Assembly: GCA_012862495.1 (NCBI GenBank)
Contig: BLSG01000073.1
Coordinates: forward strand, 143,010 to 207,009
DNA from: Thraustochytrium aureum
Taxonomy: Eukaryota
Direction: 5' to 3'
DNA length: 64,000 nt
The translations under genes and the position numbers were made by a program. The notes under the pieces are model-generated. The model ran no database searches. It saw nothing but the letters and a program-made list of their open reading frames with translations, and was not told the origin of the DNA. Shown one piece after another: positions 11,701 through 21,719 of this stretch (position 1 is its first letter; each line of letters opens with the position of its first letter).

Positions 11701-12276
11701 NNNNNNNNNNNNNNNNNNNNNNNNNNNNNNNNNNNNNNNNNNNNNNNNNNNNNNNNNNNNNNNNNNNNNNNNNNNNNNNNNNNNNNNNNNNNNNNNNNNN
11801 NNNNNNNNNNNNNNNNNNNNNNNNNNNNNNNNNNNNNNNNNNNNNNNNNNNNNNNNNNNNNNNNNNNNNNNNNNNNNNNNNNNNNNNNNNNNNNNNNNNN
11901 NNNNNNNNNNNNNNNNNNNNNNNNNNNNNNNNNNNNNNNNNNNNNNNNNNNNNNNNNNNNNNNNNNNNNNNNNNNNNNNNNNNNNNNNNNNNNNNNNNNN
12001 NNNNNNNNNNNNNNNNNNNNNNNNNNNNNNNNNNNNNNNNNNNNNNNNNNNNNNNNNNNNNNNNNNNNNNNNNNNNNNNNNNNNNNNNNNNNNNNNNNNN
12101 NNNNNNNNNNNNNNNNNNNNNNNNNNNNNNNNNNNNNNNNNNNNNNNNNNNNNNNNNNNNNNNNNNNNNNNNNNNNNNNNNNNNNNNNNNNNNNNNNNNN
12201 NNNNNNNNNNNNNNNNNNNNNNNNNNNNNNNNNNNNNNNNNNNNNNNNNNNNNNNNNNNNNNNNNNNNNNNNNNNN

Positions 12277-12413
12277 CACCTCCCGGCCTGAGCACGGCCG
12301 CCATCGCGGGCATCGCAGCCGGTGTGGCCGTGTTCCTCGTCGCCGTGGCGCTGATCGCGCATCGAAAGAAGAGGAAGCGGCGGGAGGCCTCGAATGAGAT
12401 CAGCCCTGCCTAG
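12277..12413 (+). CDS. C-terminal fragment of a single-pass type I membrane protein (rest in N-gap)
   Basis: GLSTAAIAGIAAGVAVFLVAVALIA TM helix followed by basic stop-transfer HRKKRKRR and a stop codon. Confidence 0.65.
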
Positions 12414-13387
12414 TAAAATCTCTCTGCGAACTCATGTCACCTGTGTCTTTCAAGGGGGCCCAAGATCTGCGTTGTGCTCTGCCGCGGCTGGGTTTGTAAC
12501 CCGTTGCAGCGGCTGGGTGTGGAACCCCGTTGCAAGCTGCATCGAAGGTAGAGAGTACATAGCTGACTGCAGACCACCCAGAAGATTTTCTTTTGAGAAT
12601 TCTCAAACCTCGGCCGGCGGAAGGAACGAGAACAGTCTGCGGTCGAGATGCGGCGCGCGGGGGCCATCCGCGTGGTGAACGAGGACCTGCGCGAGCGTGC
12701 CATGCGCCTCGGGCCGTGGTTTCGCGCACGAGTGGCTTGAAGCTTTGGGTGGCCCGACACCGTCCGCGTTCGCCTTGTTAAGGACGGCACCGCACACAAG
12801 TCGCCTTGCACGGTGCGTCGCGGCTCTTTGGTGGAAGTGTTTGCGTACGAGGACGGGGCCAGCCACGGCGAGGTCCACAGAAAGCGGAGCGACGCCCGGT
12901 CCTCCGAGCGAGCAGACGACGCGGAGGACACGTCCGCAGAAGAACCGCTTGAGGACGTCCGCGGGCCTTTCCGACCGCAAAGTCGTTCACCTCACTCGCA
13001 ACCACCAAGGGGACTTTGAAGCGGCAGTCAACACCAAAAAGGCAACGGCGGCACTCGTGCTGCAGGCTTGCCCCCCAAGATTATTGTGCGAGCACCGCAA
13101 AACAAAATCGGTCACTTATGACAACAGCCGGCAGAAAGCATGGTGCTGCAGGACCCCAAGGTACCATGTCTCCCTGGTGTCGCTTGCTTTCAAGAGAGAG
13201 AAGCGATGCAGGCCTCTTCGACCGCGGCGTATGACTGTTGAAGATGCCTCCGGAGCTAGTCTCCGTCTTCATTTGCGTGGCGAGGCGATGGCTCCTGCGG
13301 CGATATGGGCTCGCTTTCACCATGGCCGCTTTGAGGCGCGTTTCACATTCATGGTGTCTATTTCGAGAGCCGTGGAACAGAGCGCTT

Positions 13388-14269
13388 CTACGGGTTTGGC
13401 GCGGCTTGCGCGTCCGCTCCGACTGTAGGTTCTTCTGAGGAGCCATCAGGCCCCTGCCTTGCTTCAGTAAGCGCAGCTTGCAGCGCCAACTCGCTGGCTG
13501 AGTCTGCGCCCTCGTCCACAAGCTGTCCGGGCTCGTACGCGAGCCCTGCAAGCGCGAGGGCGTACTCGTCTAGCGTGATCTCGCCGCTGTTGAGCTGCTC
13601 GTCCAACACCAACGTTAGGTTGAGCGTGTCCGCCTTGGTATCTGAGCTCATGCGCCTGCTCCGGAGCCCGTGGCTTGCCACGCTTCCATCCCGGTCCTCC
13701 GATGCGAGCGGCTGTCCACCCTTGTCAGCTCCTTCGTCGGCTTCGTACAAAAGGTTGCGCATGCTAGGCATCACGCGTTTTGTCTTCATGGCGTTGCGTG
13801 CGGTGCGGATCACCGTTTCTGCGCGGAGCTGGCTCAGGCAAAGATCCTTCTTGAGGTTTTCAATCTCGAACTCGCGCTCCTTGGCCTCTGCTGCAGCGGC
13901 TGCCTGAGCGGCGGCACGGGCGTCTTCGCGCTCTGTTTCCATAACCAGCATGCGTGCGCTGGGTTGTGACATTAGCTTCTTGAGCTCGCCTTTCAGGAAC
14001 TCCACTTCCCGCCCCTTGCGTTCCAACTCAAGGCTGCCACCATTGCCACTCGAAGAGCTTGACGAGCGCGGCCGTGCTGGCCCAGGCGCCCAAGTTACCA
14101 TGCGGCGCCCAAGTCGGCTGCTAGGCTTGCGATCGGGTCCTAGGGGCTGGTCCGTCCGATCTGAGCCCAAGGCGCCGGCATCGGCAGATCTCGTTTTGGC
14201 GTTTGGGCCGGACGCGATAACATACTCCGCGGGCTTTTTCCGCCTCGTTGTGCGCTGGCGCTCTGCCAT
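13388..14269 (-). CDS. Uncharacterised coiled-coil protein, ~293 aa (may extend into the gap)
   Basis: Open frame MAERQRTTRRKK...; heptad-like ELERKGREVEFLKGELKKL and EREFEIENLKKDL; SHOCT-like LNSGEITLDEYA near the C-terminus. Confidence 0.55.
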   Translation of the reverse strand: MAERQRTTRRKKPAEYVIASGPNAKTRSADAGALGSDRTDQPLGPDRKPSSRLGRRMVTWAPGPARPRSSSSSSGNGGSLELERKGREVEFLKGELKKLMSQPSARMLVMETEREDARAAAQAAAAAEAKEREFEIENLKKDLCLSQLRAETVIRTARNAMKTKRVMPSMRNLLYEADEGADKGGQPLASEDRDGSVASHGLRSRRMSSDTKADTLNLTLVLDEQLNSGEITLDEYALALAGLAYEPGQLVDEGADSASELALQAALTEARQGPDGSSEEPTVGADAQAAPNP

Positions 14270-14672
14270 CGCTTTGTTNNNNNNNNNNNNNNNNNNNNNN
14301 NNNNNNNNNNNNNNNNNNNNNNNNNNNNNNNNNNNNNNNNNNNNNNNNNNNNNNNNNNNNNNNNNNNNNNNNNNNNNNNNNNNNNNNNNNNNNNNNNNNN
14401 NNNNNNNNNNNNNNNNNNNNNNNNNNNNNNNNNNNNNNNNNNNNNNNNNNNNNNNNNNNNNNNNNNNNNNNNNNNNNNNNNNNNNNNNNNNNNNNNNNNN
14501 NNNNNNNNNNNNNNNNNNNNNNNNNNNNNNNNNNNNNNNNNNNNNNNNNNNNNNNNNNNNNNNNNNNNNNNNNNNNNNNNNNNNNNNNNNNNNNNNNNNN
14601 NNNNNNNNNNNNNNNNNNNNNNNNNNNNNNNNNNNNNNNNNNNNNNNNNNNNNNNNNNNNNNNNNNNNNNNN

Positions 14673-14800
14673 CGAAAGCAAGCCCGTGCGCGTGGCGATC
14701 GGCAGTAGCCCGTACGCGAGAGCAAGCCCGTGCGCGTGGCGATCGGCAGTAGCCCAGTGCGCGAGAGCAAGCCCGTGCGCGTGGCGATCAGCAGTAGCCA
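14673..14800. repeat. Tandem ~44-bp repeat, at least 3 copies, abutting an N-gap
   Basis: Unit CGARAGCAAGCCCGTGCGCGTGGCGATCRGCAGTAGCC is visible three times. Confidence 0.85.
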
Positions 14801-15414
14801 GTGGCAGCCAGCGGCTCCAACCAGCCCCCGCCGCTCCACCGCGTGCGTCGCTGCACGAGTCCGCCGCCTCTTCATGGACTGCTTGCTGATCGAGCACGAG
14901 CACGTGTACTCTTCTCTTCCACTTCGCCCGAATTTCAATACTCCCGTGCACACGCTAGCCCAATACAATTACTTGACGTACCGTATTCATCTGGCAACTA
15001 CATGCAACGTAGTATTGAATGCCAGTACTGCTTAGGGAGGCCTGCCCAGTAGCCCGTTTTCTCTGTTCCTTTGTGTTCTGGCGGGTTGCTAAGTCGTCCG
15101 TTGCGCCGCTACGTGCCTAATAAACGGCCCCAGAGTGGGTTTGCGCGGGAGCAGCGGTCATTATTTGGCCGAGGGTAATACCTTATGAGACGGGGGAAGA
15201 AACCGATTCGATCGATCGCAAGATACACGCTTCGTTCTAGCTAGCGAGCGTGGCGTGTGGTGGCGTGCCAGACCCGCAACGCGGCGGAGTGAGTGACACG
15301 AAAGCGAGGACGGAAGGGCGACCCAACCGCCAGCGGTCTCGCGCGCGCAGCAGGAGCAGGGGAGCGTAAAGGTCGAGCGAGTGGGAAGCAGGTCGAGGGA
15401 GCTCGATAATCACC

Positions 15415-17099
15415 ATGCTTGCGACGAGGTTGAACTCGGCGGTGCGCAGCGCTGGCCGGGCCGGCGCGTGCGCTCCGCGTGTGGCAGCTAGGGCCATGTC
15501 CGGCAAGGCTGGCGAGCTTCACAAGTGGGCGACAGTCGACCCCGTCGCGCTGAGCGCGGCCAACCCGCACACCATGCAAAACCTGGTAGGCGGCAAGTGG
15601 TGCGGGTCCCGCCAATACGCTGATGTCATCGACCCGATGAACGGGGAGGTGTTCATGCAAATGCCCGACACCCAACCGGACGAAGTTGACGTCTTCATCG
15701 ACTCGCTGCGCAAATGCCCCAAGAGCGGCATGCACAACCCGCTCAAAAATCCAGAGCGCTACAACATGTATGCCGACATCTGCTTCAAGGCCGCCGCTTC
15801 GCTGCGCGACGATGAGTGGAGGACTTCTTCGTCAAGGCCATCCAGCGAACGATGCCAAAGTCACACGCGCAAGCCGTCGCCGAGATCCGCGTCACGCGGC
15901 GCTTCCTCGAAACCTTTGCAGGGGACGGCGTGCGCTTCATGGCGCGCGGGTTTTCCGTGTCGGGCGACCACGCCGGCCAAGAGAGCCGCGGGTACCGGTG
16001 GCCGTATGGCCCTGTGGCGATTGTGGCGCCGTTCAACTTTCCCTTCGAGATTCCCGTCCTTCAGCTCATGGGCTCGCTGTTCATGGGCAACAAGCCGATG
16101 ATCAAGGGCGCACCGCAGGTCTCGATGGTGCTGGAGCAGTACATTCGCCTTTTGCACCACTGCGGAATGCCGATAGAGGACGTCGACCTCCTGCACGGCT
16201 TTGGGGCCTGCACGGAGCGCGTCATCACTGAAACCCCCGTCAAGGTGACGCAGTTCACGGGCAGCTCGACGGTTGCAGACCACCTGCTGCGCGTGACGGA
16301 GGGCAAAGTCAAGGTCGAGGACGCCGGTTTTGACTGGAAGATCGTGGGCCCTGACGTGGGCGCGGCCGACATTGACTATGTCGCCTGGGTCTGCGACCAA
16401 GACGCTTACGCTTGCACCGGCCAAAAGTGCAGCGCGCAGTCCATCTGCTTCGTCCACACGAACGCCGCGAAGGCCGGCCTGGTCGACAAAATGCGCCAAC
16501 TCGCCGCAAAGCGCAACCTGGGCAACCTTACCAACGGGCCCGTGCTCAGTTGGTCGACCGAGCGGATTCTTAAGCACAAGGACGCGCTGCTCAAGCTCCC
16601 AGGCGCCGCGGTTGCCTTTGGCGGCGAGGCGCTCGACCCCTCGACACACAGCATCCCCGAGTGCTATGGCGCAGTCCAGCCCACAGCGGTCTCGGTTCCG
16701 CTCAAGACGATGATGGCCTCCAAATCAAACTTTGAGCTCGTCACCACCGAGCTCTTCGGCCCGTTCCAGGTTATCGTCGAGTATGACGATTCGGAAGTGG
16801 ACACCATCATCGAGGCCTGCGAGCGCATGTCGCACCACCTGACTGCTGCCGTGGTTTCTCGCGACCCCGACTTCCTCAACCACATTCTGTGCAACACTGT
16901 AAACGGTACGACGTACGCGGGGATCCGCGCGCGCACCACTGGCGCGCCCACAAACCACTGGTTTGGTCCCGCGGGTAGCGCAACGGGCGCGGGGATCGGA
17001 ACGCCCGAGGCGATTCGGCTCGTTTGGAGCTGCCACCGTGAGATCATCCAGGACAGCCTGTCTCCGCCGGCCGATTGGAAGATGCCCGAGCAGTCGTGA
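15415..17099 (+). CDS. ALDH12: Mitochondrial delta-1-pyrroline-5-carboxylate / glutamate semialdehyde dehydrogenase, ALDH12 family; 1-nt frameshift at ~15815
   Basis: Arg/Ala-rich transit peptide; PKSGMHNPLKNPERY, GYRWPYGPVAIVAPFNFPFEIP, FTGSS, KVEDAGFDWKI, catalytic YACTGQKCSAQS, TTELFGPFQ, GTPEAIRLVWSCHREII. Two ORFs join as GATGAG(G)TGGAG. Confidence 0.93.
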
Positions 17100-17710
17100 G
17101 CAAGCGGCTTTGTCGGCAGGCAGGACTGCGTCGCTGCGCCTCGAGTAGAGAGCTCTTGAGGCTTGCACTCAGTTGGGCCGTTCGTCATTCAGGCGCAGAC
17201 AACCGCCAAAACGCAATACGATTGATATTTCTCTTTTACTTGCCCGCCGCGGCCTCCGGGGCCTCCGGGGCCAGGCAGGAAGGACGTGAGAACCACAATN
17301 NNNNNNNNNNNNNNNNNNNNNNNNNNNNNNNNNNNNNNNNNNNNNNNNNNNNNNNNNNCGAGAGCAAGCAAGAACCGCACGCATTGTTCCGAACCGTGTT
17401 TTTGTTTCAGCCGCTTCCTACTGACGACCAGCGAGAGCGAGTTCTACGCCAGCAGAGAGCTCTGCAGCGTAGGAGAGCGTCTTGGCTCTCCCCTGCGATC
17501 GCCCAGAGCACGATAGGCCCCGGGCAATGTTGGTCTTGCAAGAAGCCGTTGATCATTGGCAGCGTCACAGGGCCAGCATCGTTGGCTCTACCGTGCGCAC
17601 ATGGGTCTTATAGGCCGCACGCAAGCGCCTGATTGCGCTTGCGTTGCTGTTGCAGCATGCTGGCCCTAGCCCTTCAAAGCCGGGTCAGTGAATCGACCAA
17701 TAAATGCAGT

Positions 17711-20304
17711 TCAAGGGGTTGAAGGGGTTGGGTAGCGCACCCAGTCAAGCCGCGCGCGCCGAGGCAACACTTGATACTTGGCCACGTCAATGTCGACGCG
17801 CTCAAGCGCGCCGTCGCGCGTGTAAGCCTCTACCGTCCCGGTCGCGTCGTCCACAAAGGTGACGACGGCCTCGACCTGCGCGCCGCGGGCCTTGCCGTCC
17901 TTCAAGAGCCGGATAAGGTCGCCCTGCTCTAGAACAGACGACGGCTTGGTTCCAAGGTACAGCGGCGTCGGCTGGGTGCGCGCCCGCTTCGCCTTCGGGG
18001 ACGGGCTCATAGTGACCACGTGCTCGTCCGCAGAAAGGTCGAACGAGGGCCGCCGCGAGGCGATCCCCGACGCCAGGTGGACGACTGGAAAGGTAAAGTT
18101 GTGGATGATGTCCTTCCGGATCTGCGTCGTCGTGAGCTGCTCGACGGGGCGCCGAAGCGGCTTGGGCAGGGCCATTCGCTTGCACGCCGATGGAGCCGCA
18201 TCGAGGCGCTTGATGCAGTCGAGCCCGAACGGGGGCGTGTGCGAGCGGTGAAAGAGCGCGCTAATCTTGCGCGCCTCGCGGATCCCCGAAAGGAAGGCGC
18301 CGTGGATGGTCGCTGGATAGTACCTGTTGGTTCCCTCGCCGGCGAAGAACAGCCGGAACTGCGACTTGCGCCGGTCGCACGAGCGGGCCGACACAGGCGC
18401 AGCCATGACGTCGTAGTCTTCCGCCGAGCTCCCGCGCGCGATGAACGAGTACGACCCGAGCGCAAACTCGTCCTGGCGCCAGCGCGTGATGGCGTACTCG
18501 ATCGGGTCGGGCGTGGCCTCGCCATGGATCACGCGCAGCACGCGCATGACCCGATCCACGACGCTCTGGTCCGACGCAGACTCGCACAGCTCCTCCGCCT
18601 TGCGACCAGACACGAGAGCGAGCAGCACTGGGCGCCCGCAGATCCGCGACCCGTCAAAATACATGGGGAACTCTCCGCGCGTCTCGCTCGCGTAGCCCAT
18701 GAACTGCGTCGGGTCCCAAAATACGCGAGGGAAAACGAGGGCGACCTTGTCCAGGACGCCAAAGCCAAGACGGCCGATTGCCTCCGTCTTGGCTGGCGGA
18801 AGCGCGGGGGAGAAGTTGATCTTGCCGGCTTTGAGCACGCCAAGCGGGACCGTGACCAGGCAGGCGTCGGCCTGGTGGACGCGGCCGCCCACGGCCTCAA
18901 CGCTGACCTTGTCCTCAAAGTAGGCGATGCGGCGCACGGGAGACTCTAGGTGAATCGTCAGGTCCTTGGCGAGCCCCTGCGCAATGCTGGCTGTGCCGCC
19001 CTCCGAGACCATGCAGTGCTCCCCAGGGAAGGCGAAGTCGTCGTCCTGGTCCCACCCGTCATTCCGGACTTGGTCCAGGTCGCTGTTGAGCGAGTACTCG
19101 AGATGAGACATGTGCCAGTGCAGGCCGCGGCGCTGCGCATCATTCATGGACTCGATGTCTGCCGCCAAGGCCGCCTGAAGGGTCTCCTCAAGGGACGGAT
19201 CGTTGGCGGCATCGGGCCTCGCTTGAGCGGCCTCGCTGCCCGGCTGGGCCTCGGCCCCGGCTTCGCCGCGTTCCCCGCCCGGTTCGCCATCCGTCGAGCT
19301 CTGGACCGCAGCTGCGCTAGCGGAGCGAGCATCGGGCTTGCTGGAGGGCTGTGCAGAGTCGTCGCCGCTCTCGGAGGTCTCCTCGTCGTCTCGGAGGGAC
19401 ACCTTTTGCTCGGAGGAGGTGTCCGAATCGACCTCTTGCGGCGAGCCAGGAGCCGCTCGCCGCTTTTCGCCTGTCGTGGCAGTTTCATCGTCGCGGTTGT
19501 TTGAGCTGTTGTGGAGGCGTGGCGACGGCGGGTTTTGGCCGTCGAGGCGGCGGCTGCGCCTGTACGTCTTCCTTGACTTGCTGGAAGGTCGCTTCTCATA
19601 AGCTACTTCGAGCGCGCGGTTGAAGAGGGCTTCGGCGCGCGCATCGTCGGCCTTGTCCATGGGCTTGCCGTCTGCGTCGTAGAGCACGCTCGCTCGCTGG
19701 TAGTGCAGCCGCTTGCCGAGCCGCTCGGCGATAATGGCGACGGGGTTTTGGTCGATTCCGTGGATGTAGCTCGCGCCGAGGTCAGCTTGCGCTCTGCAGT
19801 TGAACGTATGCGTCCAAACACGCCCGCCGATCCGGTCGCGCGCCTCCAGGATCGTCACTTGGAATCCGCGGTGCTCGAGCTCGCGCGCGGCGGCCAGCCC
19901 TGCCAGCCCAGCCCCAACGATGATCACGGACCCGTTGATCTTTTTCTCCTTCTTGATCAGAGGCGGCTTCTTGAGCTTGGTTGGGCCTGATGTCGGAGGA
20001 AGAACGCCGACTTTCAGCGGCCGCGGAAGCCCGGCTGGAGCGCTTGCGCCGGAGCCAGTGCCTGCGCCCCTTGCCCGCCCCTCATTCGCAGTGGCGCTGG
20101 AAGCGCTGCGGCTGCTAGCGGCCCTTTTGGTCCCCTTGCCTGCCGCGGGGGTTGAGGCTCCCGGCCCGGCTTCGCCAGCGTCGCGTGAGCTCCTGGCCTC
20201 AGAGTCGGATTGTGCGGCTTCTGCTGCCCTCGTTGCCGGTCCGGTGCGCCGGCCGGCCTTGCCGCCGGCTGGCAGTTCGGGGGTGCTATAGCGGTGACCA
20301 CTTG
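17711..20304 (-). CDS. FAD-dependent amine oxidase, LSD1/KDM1-like histone demethylase (5' end in N-gap)
   Basis: GAGLAGLAAA, EARDRIGGRV, DLGASYIHG, WHMSHLEY, WDQDDDFAFPGEH, TVPLGVLK, LDKVALVF (conserved Lys), GSYS, FAGEGTNRYYPATIHGAFLSGIREA. No SWIRM domain visible. Confidence 0.85.
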
Positions 20305-20993
20305 NNNNNNNNNNNNNNNNNNNNNNNNNNNNNNNNNNNNNNNNNNNNNNNNNNNNNNNNNNNNNNNNNNNNNNNNNNNNNNNNNNNNNNNNNNNNNNNN
20401 NNNNNNNNNNNNNNNNNNNNNNNNNNNNNNNNNNNNNNNNNNNNNNNNNNNNNNNNNNNNNNNNNNNNNNNNNNNNNNNNNNNNNNNNNNNNNNNNNNNN
20501 NNNNNNNNNNNNNNNNNNNNNNNNNNNNNNNNNNNNNNNNNNNNNNNNNNNNNNNNNNNNNNNNNNNNNNNNNNNNNNNNNNNNNNNNNNNNNNNNNNNN
20601 NNNNNNNNNNNNNNNNNNNNNNNNNNNNNNNNNNNNNNNNNNNNNNNNNNNNNNNNNNNNNNNNNNNNNNNNNNNNNNNNNNNNNNNNNNNNNNNNNNNN
20701 NNNNNNNNNNNNNNNNNNNNNNNNNNNNNNNNNNNNNNNNNNNNNNNNNNNNNNNNNNNNNNNNNNNNNNNNNNNNNNNNNNNNNNNNNNNNNNNNNNNN
20801 NNNNNNNNNNNNNNNNNNNNNNNNNNNNNNNNNNNNNNNNNNNNNNNNNNNNNNNNNNNNNNNNNNNNNNNNNNNNNNNNNNNNNNNNNNNNNNNNNNNN
20901 NNNNNNNNNNNNNNNNNNNNNNNNNNNNNNNNNNNNNNNNNNNNNNNNNNNNNNNNNNNNNNNNNNNNNNNNNNNNNNNNNNNNNNNNNNNNN

Positions 20994-21516
20994 AGAAGGA
21001 GAAGGGCGGCGCGCAGTCGATTGACAGCCTGCTGCATAAGGGCAAGGACGGGGTGGGTTTGCGGTGAGCAAGCTGGACGATGTGGTGAACTGGGCGCGCA
21101 AGGGGTCGATGTGGCCGATGACGTTTGGTCTCGCGTGCTGCGCGGTGGAGATGATGCACACAATGGCCTCGCGGTACGACATGGACCGCTTTGGCATCGT
21201 GTTTCGTGCAAGCCCCAGGCAGTCGGACATTATGATCGTGGCCGGCACGCTCACCAACAAGATGGCCCCGGCGCTCCGCAAGGTGTACGACCAGATGTCT
21301 GAGCCGCGCTGGGTCATTTCGATGGGCTCCTGCGCGAACGGCGGCGGGTACTACCACTACTCGTACGCGGTCGTGCGCGGCTGCGACCGCATCGTGCCCG
21401 TCGACGTCTACGTCCCGGGGTGCCCGCCCACGGCGGAGGCGCTCCTGTACGGCCTGCTGCAGCTGCAAAAGAAGATCAAGAGCAACCGCGGCATCACGCT
21501 CAAGCTGCGCAAGTAA
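20994..21516 (+). CDS. NDUFS7: NADH:ubiquinone oxidoreductase PSST subunit (Nad10/NuoB); 5' part in gap, 1-nt frameshift at ~21055
   Basis: [51 protein letters not shown]. Upstream KEKGGAQ...KDGVG joins with one added G. Confidence 0.95.
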
Positions 21517-21719
21517 AAAGTCAACATAAATCGGTTTGCAGCTAGTGTTCTTGGCCCGTCCGTCTCTGGTGGGCAGGGCGGGGTCGGCACGCTCTCGCCA
21601 GCTCGCTCTTCCAGCTTTCTAGCTCTAGCCTTGAGAGAGAGGGCAAGCTCGAGACCCAGAGAGCTCTCTGTTGCCCACTCTAGAGCTAGAGGTAGCAGCT
21701 CTACTCTACAAGCTAGTAG

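Noticed and set aside
8255..12413. Long ORFs of 340-600 aa
   Set aside because: Their length comes from translated N-gaps; the flanks show no recognisable domains except the TM tail at 12277-12413.
15415..17099. ALDH12 (and NDUFS7, CtIP) as pseudogenes
   Set aside because: Each has one indel with all catalytic motifs intact and no other decay; sequencing error is more parsimonious.
17711..21211. 1166-aa ORF as a single protein
   Set aside because: Its N-terminus is antisense NDUFS7 joined through an N-gap; only 17711-20304 is supportable.
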